A stretch of 59,828 nucleotides of DNA from an uncultured bacterium (GCA_964458995.1 CAYWKW010000002.1:1-59828), one strand, 5' to 3'; shown: positions 34,533 through 44,801, numbered from the stretch's first letter. The notes: generated from the sequence alone by a model not told the origin. Translations and numbers: made by a program.

Positions 34533-35942
34533 ATGACCACAGAATATAAATACGGATTTGTCACTCCCATAGAGTCTGAAGTTTTTCCTAAGGGGTTAAG
34601 CGAAGAGACTGTAAGAGCTATCTCGGAGAAGAAGGGGGAGCCCGACTTCTTGTTAAAGTTTAGATTGAAGGCCTTTAGGAAATGGCAGGAGATGGACGAC
34701 CCCCAGTGGGCCAATGTGAAGTACCCCCCCATCAACTACCAAGAAATTTCTTACTATGCTGAGCCTAAGAGCAAGCCGCGGCTTGAGAGCTTGGATGAGG
34801 TCGACCCAGAGATTCTGAAGACTTTTGAAAAGCTGGGGATCCCGCTGGATGAGCAAAAACGGCTGGCTAATGTGGCTGTCGATGTCGTTTTTGACTCGGT
34901 ATCGCTGGGGACGACGTTCCAGAAGAAGCTGGTTGAGGCGGGGGTGGTCCTCTGCTCGATTTCAGAGGCGGTGAAGAGGTATCCAGAGATTGTAGAAGAG
35001 TATTTGGGCAGCGTCGTGCCGATTGGCGATAATTTCTTCGCGGCACTGAATTCGGCGGTCTTTTCAGATGGCTCTTTCGTCTATGTCCCAAAAGGGGTGA
35101 GATCCCCGATCGAATTGTCGACCTACTTTCGAATCAATGAGAAAGAGACTGGCCAGTTTGAGAGGACGCTGATTGTTGCGGAAGAGGGCTCTTATGTGAG
35201 CTATTTGGAAGGGTGCACCGCCCCCGCTTTCGACACCAATCAATTGCATGCCGCTGTGGTAGAGCTGATTGCCAAAGACCGGGCCGAAATCAAATATTCG
35301 ACTGTGCAAAATTGGTATGCGGGTGATGCAAAGGGAAAGGGCGGCATCTACAATTTTGTGACCAAGAGAGGGCTTGCTCTGGAAGAGGCCAAGATTTCGT
35401 GGACGCAGGTGGAAGTGGGCGCAGCCATTACGTGGAAATATCCGAGTTGCATTTTAAGAGGCAACAGATCGGTGGGAGAATTCTATTCGGTTGCATTGAC
35501 CAATGGGAAAATGCAAGCCGATACTGGCACAAAGATGATCCACATCGGAGAAAACACCAAATCGACGATTATTTCGAAGGGGATTTCGGCCGATGAATCG
35601 CACAATAGCTACCGCGGTTTGGTGAAGATGATTCCCAAAGCAAAGGGAGCTCGCAACTATACGCAATGCGATTCGATGTTGGTGGGCAACCGGTGCTCAG
35701 CCAATACTTTTCCCTACATTGAAGTGGGCAATAGCACAGCTCAGGTGGAACATGAAGCCTCAACCTCGAAGATGAATGAAGAGCAGATCTTCTATTTGCA
35801 AAGCAGAGGCATTTCAAGAGAGGATGCCATCAATTTGATCGTCAATGGATTTTGCAAGGACGTCATCAAGGAACTTCCCTTGGAATTTGCTCAGGAAGCG
35901 CAAAAGTTATTGGCCCTAAAATTAGAAAACTCAGTTGGATAA
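34533..35942 (+). CDS. sufB: Fe-S cluster assembly protein SufB
   Basis: 469 aa with a conserved SufB beta-helix core ('[23 protein letters not shown]', '[15 protein letters not shown]'). First gene of the suf order B-C-D-S. Confidence 0.95.
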   Translation: MTTEYKYGFVTPIESEVFPKGLSEETVRAISEKKGEPDFLLKFRLKAFRKWQEMDDPQWANVKYPPINYQEISYYAEPKSKPRLESLDEVDPEILKTFEKLGIPLDEQKRLANVAVDVVFDSVSLGTTFQKKLVEAGVVLCSISEAVKRYPEIVEEYLGSVVPIGDNFFAALNSAVFSDGSFVYVPKGVRSPIELSTYFRINEKETGQFERTLIVAEEGSYVSYLEGCTAPAFDTNQLHAAVVELIAKDRAEIKYSTVQNWYAGDAKGKGGIYNFVTKRGLALEEAKISWTQVEVGAAITWKYPSCILRGNRSVGEFYSVALTNGKMQADTGTKMIHIGENTKSTIISKGISADESHNSYRGLVKMIPKAKGARNYTQCDSMLVGNRCSANTFPYIEVGNSTAQVEHEASTSKMNEEQIFYLQSRGISREDAINLIVNGFCKDVIKELPLEFAQEAQKLLALKLENSVG

Positions 35943-35943
35943 A

Positions 35944-36636
35944 ATGATAGAGATTAAAGACCTTTTTGTAGAAGTAGATGGCAAGCCGATTTTGAAAGGG
36001 CTCAACCTAGTTGTTGAGAGGGGAGAGATCCACGCCATCATGGGCCCGAATGGCGCCGGCAAATCTACATTGGCAAAAATACTGGCTGGCCATCCCGCTT
36101 ATGAAGTAGTGAGCGGCGAAGTGTGGTTTAAGGGGCAAGATTTGCTTGAAATGGATCCCGAAGAGAGAGCCAGAGCGGGTCTTTTTATGAGTTTCCAATA
36201 TCCGCTCGAAATTGGAGGCGTCACAAACCGGCAATTTTTTGAAGCGGCGCTGAAAGCGTTGGGCAAAGAGGGGAACATCGAAGAGAAAATGGCTGAACTG
36301 GAGATCAGGGCCGAGTTTCTCGATCGCAATATCAACGAAGGCTTTTCCGGCGGAGAAAAGAAGCGCAATGAAATTTTGCAAATGGCCCTTTTCAATCCCG
36401 ACCTGGCCATTTTAGATGAGACCGATTCGGGCCTTGATATCGACGCCATGCGAATTGTGGCAAAAGGGGTCAATGCAATGCGGCGAAAAGACAACGCGCT
36501 CATCATCATCACCCACTATCAGCGTCTGCTCGACTACATCAAACCCGATTTTGTACACGTTTTGGCCGATGGCAAAATCGTCCGCACGGCCGGCCCCGAA
36601 CTGGCTCTAGAATTAGAAGAGAAGGGCTATGCTTAA
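35944..36636 (+). CDS. sufC: Fe-S cluster assembly ATPase SufC
   Basis: Walker A 'GPNGAGKST', ABC signature 'FSGGEKKR', Walker B 'LAILDETDSGLD'. The ATG at 35944 is preferred over the TTG at 35935. Confidence 0.95.
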   Translation: MIEIKDLFVEVDGKPILKGLNLVVERGEIHAIMGPNGAGKSTLAKILAGHPAYEVVSGEVWFKGQDLLEMDPEERARAGLFMSFQYPLEIGGVTNRQFFEAALKALGKEGNIEEKMAELEIRAEFLDRNINEGFSGGEKKRNEILQMALFNPDLAILDETDSGLDIDAMRIVAKGVNAMRRKDNALIIITHYQRLLDYIKPDFVHVLADGKIVRTAGPELALELEEKGYA

Positions 36637-37768
36637 GACCTATTGGGCCGATCTTTTAGATCCCAAAGATCCACTCTTGAACTTCCGCAAAAAGGGGTGG
36701 GATCTCTTTGAAGAAATCGGACTGCCGCAGCCCAAGCAAGAGGCATTCCAATATTTAACAAAAAAAACGTTTTCTTTCCCCCCGCTCGCAGAGCGAAAAG
36801 AGAAAATAGGCGCGACGGGAGAAGGCCTAGTTTTTGTCGATGGCTTTTTGCAAGAGCAACATGTCCCTGCGCCTCTTGTTTGTTTATCGCTTGAGGCGGC
36901 GATGCGCTCCTACGGACTCTTTTTGCAAAACCGCCTGGCAAAGCTCCTCAAAGAAGAGACCGATCCATTCGCCGCGCTCAATGGAGCCTTTCAAGGCGGC
37001 GGGGCGTTTCTCTACGTCCCCCCCAAATGTAAAGCTGCTTTACATTTGCTTTTCTTGAACACATCTGACGAGATGGTCAACCCGCGGCTGCACCTCTATT
37101 TAGGAAGGGGCTCGCAGCTGCAAATCACGCAAACGTCTCAGGGGAAAGCTGGTTTTTGCAACACGGTTCTCGATTTTGTTTTGGATGAGGGAGCCGAGCT
37201 GACTTTTTGCGATCGGGCGCAGGGCGATTTTCAAGCCATCAGAACTTTGCAAAAGCGGGACAGCAAGTGGAAAGCTCTTTTTCTTGGAAAAACTCTGCGC
37301 ACCTCCGTCAAAGTGCAGTTGGCTGAAGAGAATAGCGAAGCGCAACTCTATGGCCTGGCCCGATTGGAAGGCGCTGAAGAGGCGCACATCCACGTCGCGG
37401 TCGAACACATGGCGCCCCACACCCGCTCCCGCCAGCACTTCAAGTCTGTATTAAAAGAGCAATCGCGCTTCTCTTTCGAAGGGAAGATACTTGTCCGTCC
37501 CGCGGCGCAAAAAACAGAAGCCTATCAGCTGAACAACAATCTCCTTCTGAGTGACCGGGCATCGGCCAATGCAAAGCCCAACCTGGAAATCTTTGCCGAC
37601 GATGTCAAAGCGTCCCATGGAGCCACTGTGGGACAACTCGATGAGGAGCAACTCTTCTACCTCCGCTCCCGCGGCCTCGGCCTAGAGCAAGCAAGAGAGT
37701 GGCTCATAGAGGGCTTTTGCAAGGAGATCCTCGATCAGGCCCCGGGAGAGCTTACCCATGCGCGATGA
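36629..37768 (+). CDS. sufD: Fe-S cluster assembly protein SufD
   Basis: SufB/SufD beta-helix C-terminus ('ANAKPNLEIFADDVKASHGATVGQLDEEQLFYLRSRG'). Confidence 0.9.
   Translation: MLKTYWADLLDPKDPLLNFRKKGWDLFEEIGLPQPKQEAFQYLTKKTFSFPPLAERKEKIGATGEGLVFVDGFLQEQHVPAPLVCLSLEAAMRSYGLFLQNRLAKLLKEETDPFAALNGAFQGGGAFLYVPPKCKAALHLLFLNTSDEMVNPRLHLYLGRGSQLQITQTSQGKAGFCNTVLDFVLDEGAELTFCDRAQGDFQAIRTLQKRDSKWKALFLGKTLRTSVKVQLAEENSEAQLYGLARLEGAEEAHIHVAVEHMAPHTRSRQHFKSVLKEQSRFSFEGKILVRPAAQKTEAYQLNNNLLLSDRASANAKPNLEIFADDVKASHGATVGQLDEEQLFYLRSRGLGLEQAREWLIEGFCKEILDQAPGELTHAR
37024..37048. repeat. Intragenic palindrome, copy in sufD
   Basis: 'caaatgtaaagc-t-gctttacatttg' has perfect 12-nt arms. It encodes 'KCKAALHL'. 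Confidence 0.9.
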
Positions 37769-38924
37769 ATTTCCCATTTTCAAGAACCGTCCCGACTGGA
37801 TCTACCTCGACAGCGCAGCTACGGCTCACAAACCGCAATGCGTCATCGATGCGCTCACCCAATTTTATTCTGAGGAGTATGCAACGGTTCACCGCGCCAT
37901 TTACCGCCCCTCGCTCCTGGCCACTGAAAAATACAACGAAACGAGAGAAACGGCAGCCCGCTTTCTCAACGCCACCTTTGAAGAGATTGTTTTCACACGA
38001 GGGACCACTGACGCCATCAATTTGGTAGCGCAAAGTTACGGAAGAACATTCCTGAAGCCGGGCGATGAAGTCCTCATTTCAGAAATGGAGCACCATTCCA
38101 ACATTGTCCCATGGCAAATGGTTGCGCAGCAAACCGGAGCCACCCTTCGTTTCATCCCGATTGACGAGCGCGGCGTCCTCCAGTGGAAAGGGCACATTAC
38201 GCCTAAGACGAAAATCGTCGCTCTTGCCCACATGTCGAACGTGACCGGCACGATCAATCCCATTGCCGAAATTGGGAAAGCGGCCCATAAAGTAGGCGCA
38301 ATACTCGTTGTCGATGGAGCGCAAGCGGCTCCCCATTTAAAAATCGATGTAAAAACACTTCATTGTGATTTCTACGCTTTTTCGGGCCACAAATGTTATG
38401 GCCCCACTGGCATAGGCATCCTTTTTGGGCGAAAAGAACTTTTGGAAGTGATGCCGCCGGTTCAAGGTGGTGGGGACATGATCGAGCAGGTCTACTTGGA
38501 CAAAACCACCTATCAGATGCCTCCTCTCCGTTTTGAAGCGGGGACACCCATCATTGGTTCAGCGATTGCCCTAAAATCGGCCCTTGAGTTTGTGGAGCGC
38601 AACCGCAAGGCCGACACGCTCCTTCCCTACGCAACGGAAAAACTATTGAGTCTGCCTGGCCTAAAGATCATTGGGACCGCGCCTGAGAAAGGGCCCATCA
38701 TCACCTTCCACATTGAAGGGATGCATCCTCTGGACATTGCAACGATGTTAGATTTGAAGAACATTTCGATCCGGTCGGGCCATCTTTGCGCTCAGCCTCT
38801 TCTGCGCAAATTCGGGCTCACAGCCGCAGCGCGAGCCTCTTTCGCCCTATACAACACTGCAAAAGAAATTGATCAGTTTGTAGAATCACTGTCAGAGCTC
38901 GCCGCCGCAGGACTGGCTCTATAA
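37758..38924 (+). CDS. sufS: Cysteine desulfurase SufS
   Basis: 'HHSNIVPW', PLP-Lys motif 'FSGHKCYGPTG', active-site 'RSGHLCAQP'. Confidence 0.93.
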   Translation: MRDEFPIFKNRPDWIYLDSAATAHKPQCVIDALTQFYSEEYATVHRAIYRPSLLATEKYNETRETAARFLNATFEEIVFTRGTTDAINLVAQSYGRTFLKPGDEVLISEMEHHSNIVPWQMVAQQTGATLRFIPIDERGVLQWKGHITPKTKIVALAHMSNVTGTINPIAEIGKAAHKVGAILVVDGAQAAPHLKIDVKTLHCDFYAFSGHKCYGPTGIGILFGRKELLEVMPPVQGGGDMIEQVYLDKTTYQMPPLRFEAGTPIIGSAIALKSALEFVERNRKADTLLPYATEKLLSLPGLKIIGTAPEKGPIITFHIEGMHPLDIATMLDLKNISIRSGHLCAQPLLRKFGLTAAARASFALYNTAKEIDQFVESLSELAAAGLAL

Positions 38925-39205
38925 GTTTTTAAAAGGAACTCGATCATCAAATCGACCGCTTGATAAGGTTTTGTCTCACAGCTTAACGAACAAAAAACGA
39001 TATTTACACGATGTTCTTTTTCCCATATAGTGCAACAAGCTTCCCATTGTCTCGCTTGCCTAAAATCAAAGGTTGAAAAAGCTCCTTGTGTTTGAAAAAC
39101 AATATTCACAGTCCCATGTTCAGTTTGCCTGTGAGAGAAGCCTTTTGTGTATTCGATTGTTACTTGATCGCGATGGATTGGGGAATCGGGTACGCTTAAG
39201 CTCAT
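38873..39205 (-). CDS. Small hypothetical protein (uncertain)
   Basis: 110-aa ORF whose 3' end overlaps sufS by 52 nt. No motif. Confidence 0.3.
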   Translation of the reverse strand: MSLSVPDSPIHRDQVTIEYTKGFSHRQTEHGTVNIVFQTQGAFSTFDFRQARQWEACCTIWEKEHRVNIVFCSLSCETKPYQAVDLMIEFLLKTYRASPAAASSDSDSTN

Positions 39206-39251
39206 AAAAAACCTCCAAAAACTGCAGAGGATATCCTTTTGGGGATTTTGT

Positions 39252-40349
39252 TTAAAGTTTGGAGCAGCGGTTGAGGAGGAGGGCGTCAGCGAGGACGAGG
39301 GCCGTCATCGCTTCAATGATGGGGACTGCACGGATGGCCACGCAGGGATCGTGTCGGGAACCTTCAGGCAATTTGAAGGGTTTCTTTTCCCCTTTGAGGT
39401 TCACCGTTTTTTGAGCCTTTTTAATGCTCGAGGTGGGCTTGAACGCAACACGGAAGGTCAGGGGAAGACCTGTAGATATCCCTCCCAGTGTGCCGCCAGC
39501 AAAGTTGGTCGTTGTTGTAATGTTTCCTTTTTCATCAACATCGAATGCATCATTGTGCTCCGATCCCTTCATCCGGGCGGCCGCAAATCCCGATCCAATT
39601 TCAAAGCCTTTCGTCGCCGGAAGAGAGAGCATGGCAGAGGCTAAATTGGCCTCCAATTTCCCATAAACGGGGTCTCCCAGTCCTGCAGGTAAATTTGTCG
39701 CCGCCGCCTGTAAAATTCCTCCGAGAGAATCCCCCTCTTCTTTTGCCTTTTCAATGACTTTCATCATCTTCTCCGATGCTTTGGTATCGGGACAAAAAAG
39801 AGCGCTAGAGAGAACTTTTTTTCTCAGCTTGCTTAATGATTCCAAATTGGGTTCGGCAATGGCAATGCCCCCGATTTCTGCCACGAAGGCGCAAATCTGA
39901 ATGTCAAAGTGGGTAAGCAGTTTTTTAGCCACCGCACCTGCCGCTACCCGGGCTGCTGTTTCGCGGGCCGATGAGCGCCCGCCGCCGCGATAGTCAAAGA
40001 TCCCATACTTTTGCAAATAGGTATAGTTGGCGTGGCCGGGACGGAGGAGATTCTTGATCGGCTCATATTTCGTCGAGTCGGCGTCCCTATTCCAAATAAC
40101 GAGGGCAATGGGGGCGCCCGTCGTTTTTCCTTGGAAAAGGCCCGATAGGATCTGCACCTCATCTTTTTCCGCTCGAGGCGATGTGTAGGGGCTGGCTCCA
40201 GGCTGGCGCATAGCGAGCTCCGTGTCGATCTCCTCTTTGGTGATACTGATGCCGGCGGGGCAGCCGTCGATCACGACGCCAATGGCGCTCCCGTGCGATT
40301 CGCCAAAAGTAGTGATCCGGAAAACTTGTCCGAAAAAATTAGAAGCCAT
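39252..40349 (-). CDS. aroC: Chorismate synthase
   Basis: 'TTFGESHG', 'RPGHANYTY', 'GGGRSSARETA'. Confidence 0.95.
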   Translation of the reverse strand: MASNFFGQVFRITTFGESHGSAIGVVIDGCPAGISITKEEIDTELAMRQPGASPYTSPRAEKDEVQILSGLFQGKTTGAPIALVIWNRDADSTKYEPIKNLLRPGHANYTYLQKYGIFDYRGGGRSSARETAARVAAGAVAKKLLTHFDIQICAFVAEIGGIAIAEPNLESLSKLRKKVLSSALFCPDTKASEKMMKVIEKAKEEGDSLGGILQAAATNLPAGLGDPVYGKLEANLASAMLSLPATKGFEIGSGFAAARMKGSEHNDAFDVDEKGNITTTTNFAGGTLGGISTGLPLTFRVAFKPTSSIKKAQKTVNLKGEKKPFKLPEGSRHDPCVAIRAVPIIEAMTALVLADALLLNRCSKL

Positions 40350-40881
40350 CGGGCGGTTCCTCCAACAGCAGTATAGAACTAAGCGCAGCTAAAACGCCAG
40401 CCTCATCCAGCGCATCGGTATCGACCGTTCGAGCCGGAATCGAGCGGTAAATCGGTTCCCGCTCTTGAATCATGCTCCAAAAAGAACCCTCGGGATCCTT
40501 TTTATCAAAAAAAGAGGGGAGCTCGTCTTTGAAAATCCTTTTTTTTAATTTTTCGGCGTCGGCTTTTAGAAAAACGAGCGCTCCCACTTTTTGCAGGAAT
40601 TCGACATTTTCGGGGTCCAAAACAGCCCCTCCCCCGAGCGCAATGATCGAGTCTTGCACATTTTTTAAAAGATGGAGCGCCCTCTTTTCCAACGCTCGAA
40701 AGCCCTCTTCATCCAATTCTTCATGGATCTGTTTTACTTTACGCGATTTTCCCATCTCTTTCTTGTAAAGCTCCAGGAGCAGATCGTCAGTGTCAATGAA
40801 GGGGCGGTGCATTTTGCGGGCTAGCAATTGGCCAAAGTGCGTTTTCCCCGAAGCTTTAAAACCAAATAGGATGAGGTTCAT
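40339..40881 (-). CDS. aroK: Shikimate kinase
   Basis: Walker A 'GFKASGKTHFG', 'FIDTDDL', 'ALGGGAV'. Confidence 0.9.
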   Translation of the reverse strand: MNLILFGFKASGKTHFGQLLARKMHRPFIDTDDLLLELYKKEMGKSRKVKQIHEELDEEGFRALEKRALHLLKNVQDSIIALGGGAVLDPENVEFLQKVGALVFLKADAEKLKKRIFKDELPSFFDKKDPEGSFWSMIQEREPIYRSIPARTVDTDALDEAGVLAALSSILLLEEPPDGF

Positions 40882-42152
40882 TCGACGACCATTTGCGCGC
40901 CCATTTTTCGAAAATCATCGAAGAAAGTGGGGTAGCTCTTTGCTGTGCATTCAATGCCGTGGATCGTACTTTCCCCTTTTGCCGCAAGCGCCGCTACGGA
41001 AAGGGCCATCGCCAGGCGGTGGTCGTGATGCGATTGCAAATCTTTAGAGCCGTGCAGCTGCGATGACCTGATAATGAGTCCATCGGGCTTCTCTTCAATA
41101 TCAGCGCCCATTTTTTTAAGCTCGTTGGCAATACAGCGAATCCGATCCGATTCTTTAGTCCTTGCAATGGCCGCATTGACAATCTCTGTCTTTCCACTCG
41201 CAAAACACCCAACCACAGCTAAAATGGGCAGCGCATCGACAAAATCATTGATATCGATTTTTATTCCTTTTAGCCCCGTAGTTTTTTTAATGCTGCATTT
41301 TGTTCCATGCGTCTCAAATCGCGCTCCCATCGATTCAAGTGCAGCAATGAGAGCCTTATCGCCCTGCACATCGCTCATGTCGATGTTGTCCAACACGATT
41401 TCAGATTGCGTGATTACTCCGGCAACGAGTGGAAATGCAGCCGAGCTAAAATCGCCGGGAACGGTGTACTCAAAGCCTTTGATACGAGCGCCTCCCTTCA
41501 TCTTGTAGTGCTCAAAATGGCGATTTTCATAGAAAATGCCAAAGCGATCCAACCAACTCAAAGTGAGCTCGATCCAAGGTTTTTCACCCGGGTGGGTCAC
41601 ATGCAGCTCCAACGGGCTAAACGCCCCCAACACCAAAAGCCCCGAAACAGGTTGCGAATCTTCGCCCGAAAGAGTTGCTTTTCCTCCTTTCAACGGGCCT
41701 CGCACAATGATGGGAGCGTAGCCATCCAAACGGGCCGAAGCGGCAAAAGCCCCCAATTGCACCAACGCATCGAGCATCGGCTTCACAGGCCGGTTGTGGC
41801 GAATGGAAAGATCGCCGGTGAGAACCGTGTAGCTGTTGGACAAAGCGGCCAAAGCGCCAATGAATCGCAAAACTTGCCCCGAGTTGCCGCACTGAATCAC
41901 ATCCTCGGCAGTTCGCGGCTGGCCATCCACCCCATCGATGATCAGAGAATCGCGGTCGCTATCGAGCCTGGCCCCCAAATGGCGGATCGCATCGAGCATG
42001 GCAAACGTGTCGGGAGAGGCAAGCGGGCGGTGGATGCGGCTTTTTCCCTTGGCCATCAAGGCGAAAAGCAGAGAGCGGATCGTGTGTGATTTTGAGGTGG
42101 GGATGTCAATGGCGCCCTCCAATTTCCCCGGTTTGATTCTACACGTTGCCAT
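40878..42152 (-). CDS. aroA: 3-phosphoshikimate 1-carboxyvinyltransferase (EPSP synthase)
   Basis: 'PTSKSHTIRSL', 'CGNSGQVLRF' and 'HHDHRLAMA' are signatures. Confidence 0.95.
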   Translation of the reverse strand: MATCRIKPGKLEGAIDIPTSKSHTIRSLLFALMAKGKSRIHRPLASPDTFAMLDAIRHLGARLDSDRDSLIIDGVDGQPRTAEDVIQCGNSGQVLRFIGALAALSNSYTVLTGDLSIRHNRPVKPMLDALVQLGAFAASARLDGYAPIIVRGPLKGGKATLSGEDSQPVSGLLVLGAFSPLELHVTHPGEKPWIELTLSWLDRFGIFYENRHFEHYKMKGGARIKGFEYTVPGDFSSAAFPLVAGVITQSEIVLDNIDMSDVQGDKALIAALESMGARFETHGTKCSIKKTTGLKGIKIDINDFVDALPILAVVGCFASGKTEIVNAAIARTKESDRIRCIANELKKMGADIEEKPDGLIIRSSQLHGSKDLQSHHDHRLAMALSVAALAAKGESTIHGIECTAKSYPTFFDDFRKMGAQMVVE

Positions 42153-43263
42153 TCATCCACTCAATCATCCGCTCGAGATGTTTTACCTTGGAGCAATATT
42201 CGCCATTGAAGGGAACGGAGCGTCCGATTTGATCGATCAGCACAAAACGGGGCTCGCCGCCAATTGCTTTTTTATCCATTCGGATCGCGTCGAGAAAGTC
42301 CCTCTTCGCCACTGGCTTAAAAGCATAGCCCAACTTTCGATAGACACCCAAAATCGACTCGAGCGCCTCTTTTTGGAGATATCCTTCCAGATAACTCAAG
42401 TAGCTTTCTGCCATGCAGCCGAGGGCCACTGCCTCTCCATGCGCCATTTGAAAATCGGAAAGCAACTCCAAAGCATGCCCTACCGTGTGGCCAAAATTGA
42501 GAATGCGCCTCAACCCCGATTTTTCTTCAAAATCGGCCTCAACCACCCTCAATTTGCATTCGATCGAGGCGTGAATCAGAAACTCGATCTCATTTTCCCA
42601 ATGAAGACACCTTTCCCAAATGGCCCGGTTGGCGATCAACCCATATTTCAACACTTCGCTGAGCCCATTTTTCATCTGTTTTGGCGGCAAAGACTTGAGA
42701 AATTTAGACTCCACAAAAACGGCTTTTGGCAGATAGAACGTCCCGACTAAATTTTTCCCATAAGGCGTATCGACGCCGGTTTTCCCCCCGATAGCGGCAT
42801 CGACCATGGCCAACAGCGTCGTAGGGATGAGAACCAAAGGCACGCCGCGCATATAAGTAGACGCTAAAAAAGCTACCAAATCGGTGGTGACCCCGCCGCC
42901 CAAAGCGATGATCCACGTTTCTCTTCCTAACTTTCGGATCAGCAGTTCATTTTCGAGAGTCTCTTTAGTTTCTCTCGACTTGTATTCCTCTCCGCTTGGA
43001 ACCGGAATGAGATCAAAACCCACCCTTCCTTGCACGACAGCTCCATGCGTACTTGCGATAGACTCATCAGCAAAGATCACACCCCGTTTGCCCTGGCAAA
43101 ACTCTTCCAAAGGCTCCAAACCAAAAAAGAATTCCGACTTAACAGGCGTGATCGCGGGCTTCAAAACCAAATCTCCCATACTTCCCCAGTATAAGGGAAA
43201 AGGGTCTCTCCCGCAATGCTGAATCTTGACTAATTTGTTGATCACTATTATCCTTTCTCCCAA
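42139..43263 (-). CDS. aroB: 3-dehydroquinate synthase
   Basis: 'ALGGGVTTDLVAF', 'DAAIGGKTGV', 'LNFGHTVGHALE'. Confidence 0.92.
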   Translation of the reverse strand: MGERIIVINKLVKIQHCGRDPFPLYWGSMGDLVLKPAITPVKSEFFFGLEPLEEFCQGKRGVIFADESIASTHGAVVQGRVGFDLIPVPSGEEYKSRETKETLENELLIRKLGRETWIIALGGGVTTDLVAFLASTYMRGVPLVLIPTTLLAMVDAAIGGKTGVDTPYGKNLVGTFYLPKAVFVESKFLKSLPPKQMKNGLSEVLKYGLIANRAIWERCLHWENEIEFLIHASIECKLRVVEADFEEKSGLRRILNFGHTVGHALELLSDFQMAHGEAVALGCMAESYLSYLEGYLQKEALESILGVYRKLGYAFKPVAKRDFLDAIRMDKKAIGGEPRFVLIDQIGRSVPFNGEYCSKVKHLERMIEWMNGNV

Positions 43264-43280
43264 TTAAATGGAGGCTTATA

Positions 43281-43886
43281 TTGAGCACAGGCGCTGTATC
43301 TCCCGCAGATTTTAGCTTACCTTCACCTCCGCTAGGTTTCCCTCCTCCACACGGCGACGATTCTTGGCTTACTTCGCATAGAATCGCCCAGGCCGCTCTT
43401 GCGCATGCGAAGCGGATGTTTAATCAATTGGCTCAACAACCTGGACCCCAAGTTTCTCAACCTGACCTATCGTTGCTCGACGAGGAACGTTTTCCGATAC
43501 CAGCAGGGCAGAGAGCTTCACCAGGTCCACCTCTGCCCCCTTTACCAATTCCAGATGCTCCCTCAAGTGAGCACGCAGCTCCAAAGAAAAAAAGGACCCG
43601 ATTACAAACAGATTCGAATTCAGATGGATCGCCTGGTCCCGCAACACTGGAAAAAAAGAAACTAAGGTCTCGTTGCTCAGCTAGAGAATACCGGATACGA
43701 AAAGCTGCCGATAGGCATGTGTTAGAAATCGACAATGCGCTATTAGAAGACCAAGTGACAAACTTAAATGAACAGCTCGCAAGGTATGCAATGATTCTTA
43801 CTGGAAAGGATGCTAAAATTGCAGTGCTGCAACGGCAAATAAGATACCTCTCTGTTTTAAATGCAACCCTGTTCCCTCCCCCCTGA
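43281..43886 (+). CDS. Pro-rich protein with an SV40-like basic motif and a C-terminal bZIP-like basic region plus short leucine zipper
   Basis: TTG start 8 nt after 'ggagg'. 'APKKKRTRL' is present. 'KKKLRSRCSAREYRIRKAADRHV' is followed by L-x6-L-x6-L-x6-Y ('LEIDNAL LEDQVTN LNEQLAR Y'). Confidence 0.6.
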   Translation: MSTGAVSPADFSLPSPPLGFPPPHGDDSWLTSHRIAQAALAHAKRMFNQLAQQPGPQVSQPDLSLLDEERFPIPAGQRASPGPPLPPLPIPDAPSSEHAAPKKKRTRLQTDSNSDGSPGPATLEKKKLRSRCSAREYRIRKAADRHVLEIDNALLEDQVTNLNEQLARYAMILTGKDAKIAVLQRQIRYLSVLNATLFPPP

Positions 43887-43941
43887 GCCTGCAATAGCGG
43901 CGATTTTCGGGATAAATGTTCTATTATGCCATTTTTTTATA

Positions 43942-43970
43942 TTGAATGATTTTATTTCCGGTGTTATAAT
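43942..43970 (+). promoter_or_regulatory. Candidate sigma-70/66-type promoter for the 44004 gene
   Basis: 'ttgaat', a 17-nt spacer, then 'tataat'. This lies 33 nt upstream of the ATG in a very AT-rich spacer. Confidence 0.45.
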
Positions 43971-44003
43971 ACTTTATTTAATAAAATATTACATAGGGTA
44001 ATT

Positions 44004-44801
44004 ATGAGCGGAATTACAGACACCTGGAGCGCAATTACAGACACCTGCAATTCACCACCACCAGCTTTGCCAGTCGAATATCAACCAAGCTATGCGCGGG
44101 AACCCTTCTTTGCGGAGCTGCAGCGCCGAGCTGAGCAGGAGCGGCGGGTAGGGAATGTCTTTGCTCTGGCGGCGCCAACAATGACTCAAGCTCCTCAAGC
44201 CTCAGTTTTGCCACCACCAGCAGGGGCTCCACCTAGCCCTCGAATGCTTTCGCCAATACCCCTACCACCCAATCCGCCAGGATTCCTTCTACCGAATATG
44301 CTTGGCGATGGCTCTGAGGAAGACCGTGCGCCTCAGAATCATGGGCTGCAACAACAACAGGCTGAGGATCCTCAAGCCGCAGCCGTTCCCCCTGCCCCCC
44401 CTAGAAGAGGTCAAAAAAGGTGCCCGGCAGTGAGGACGCCGGAAGAGAGGGAAGCGTACAGGAAAGCATATGTAGCAAGACGTAATCGCGAAACCTACGA
44501 AGAAACTAAACAAATAAAGGCCAAGGCTGCACGATTAGAAGTAGAGAATGCGCAATCAAACGAAAAGGTAGAGTTCCTTGAAGGAAGGGTTCATGCATTG
44601 CAAACGGAGAGGCTTTTAATATTAGGAGAGAATGCGCAATTAAAGGGAAAAATAGAGTCCCTTAAAAGAGAGATTCAAGAATTGCAAAGGGAGAGGGTTT
44701 CAACCACTCAGCAACTTATGGGGATTCCAGGAGTTCTAGTTGAGATGAGTCAAACTGTTATGCGCGCTGCTATGAGTCTGAACCCGCAGGGCAGACCCTA
44801 G
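44004..44801 (+). CDS. Pro-rich protein with a C-terminal bZIP-like basic region plus six-heptad leucine zipper; paralog-like to 43281-43886
   Basis: 'YRKAYVARRNRETYEETKQIKAKAARLE' has Asn, Thr/Lys and Lys at the bZIP N-x7-R/K-type spacing. It is followed by 'LEGRVHA LQTERLL ILGENAQ LKGKIES LKREIQE L'. Confidence 0.65.
   Translation: MSGITDTWSAITDTCNSPPPALPVEYQPSYAREPFFAELQRRAEQERRVGNVFALAAPTMTQAPQASVLPPPAGAPPSPRMLSPIPLPPNPPGFLLPNMLGDGSEEDRAPQNHGLQQQQAEDPQAAAVPPAPPRRGQKRCPAVRTPEEREAYRKAYVARRNRETYEETKQIKAKAARLEVENAQSNEKVEFLEGRVHALQTERLLILGENAQLKGKIESLKREIQELQRERVSTTQQLMGIPGVLVEMSQTVMRAAMSLNPQGRP

Noticed and set aside
41307-42750. 260-aa and 270-aa plus-strand ORFs opposite aroA and aroB
   Set aside because: These are antisense shadows. 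aroA and aroB carry diagnostic motifs.
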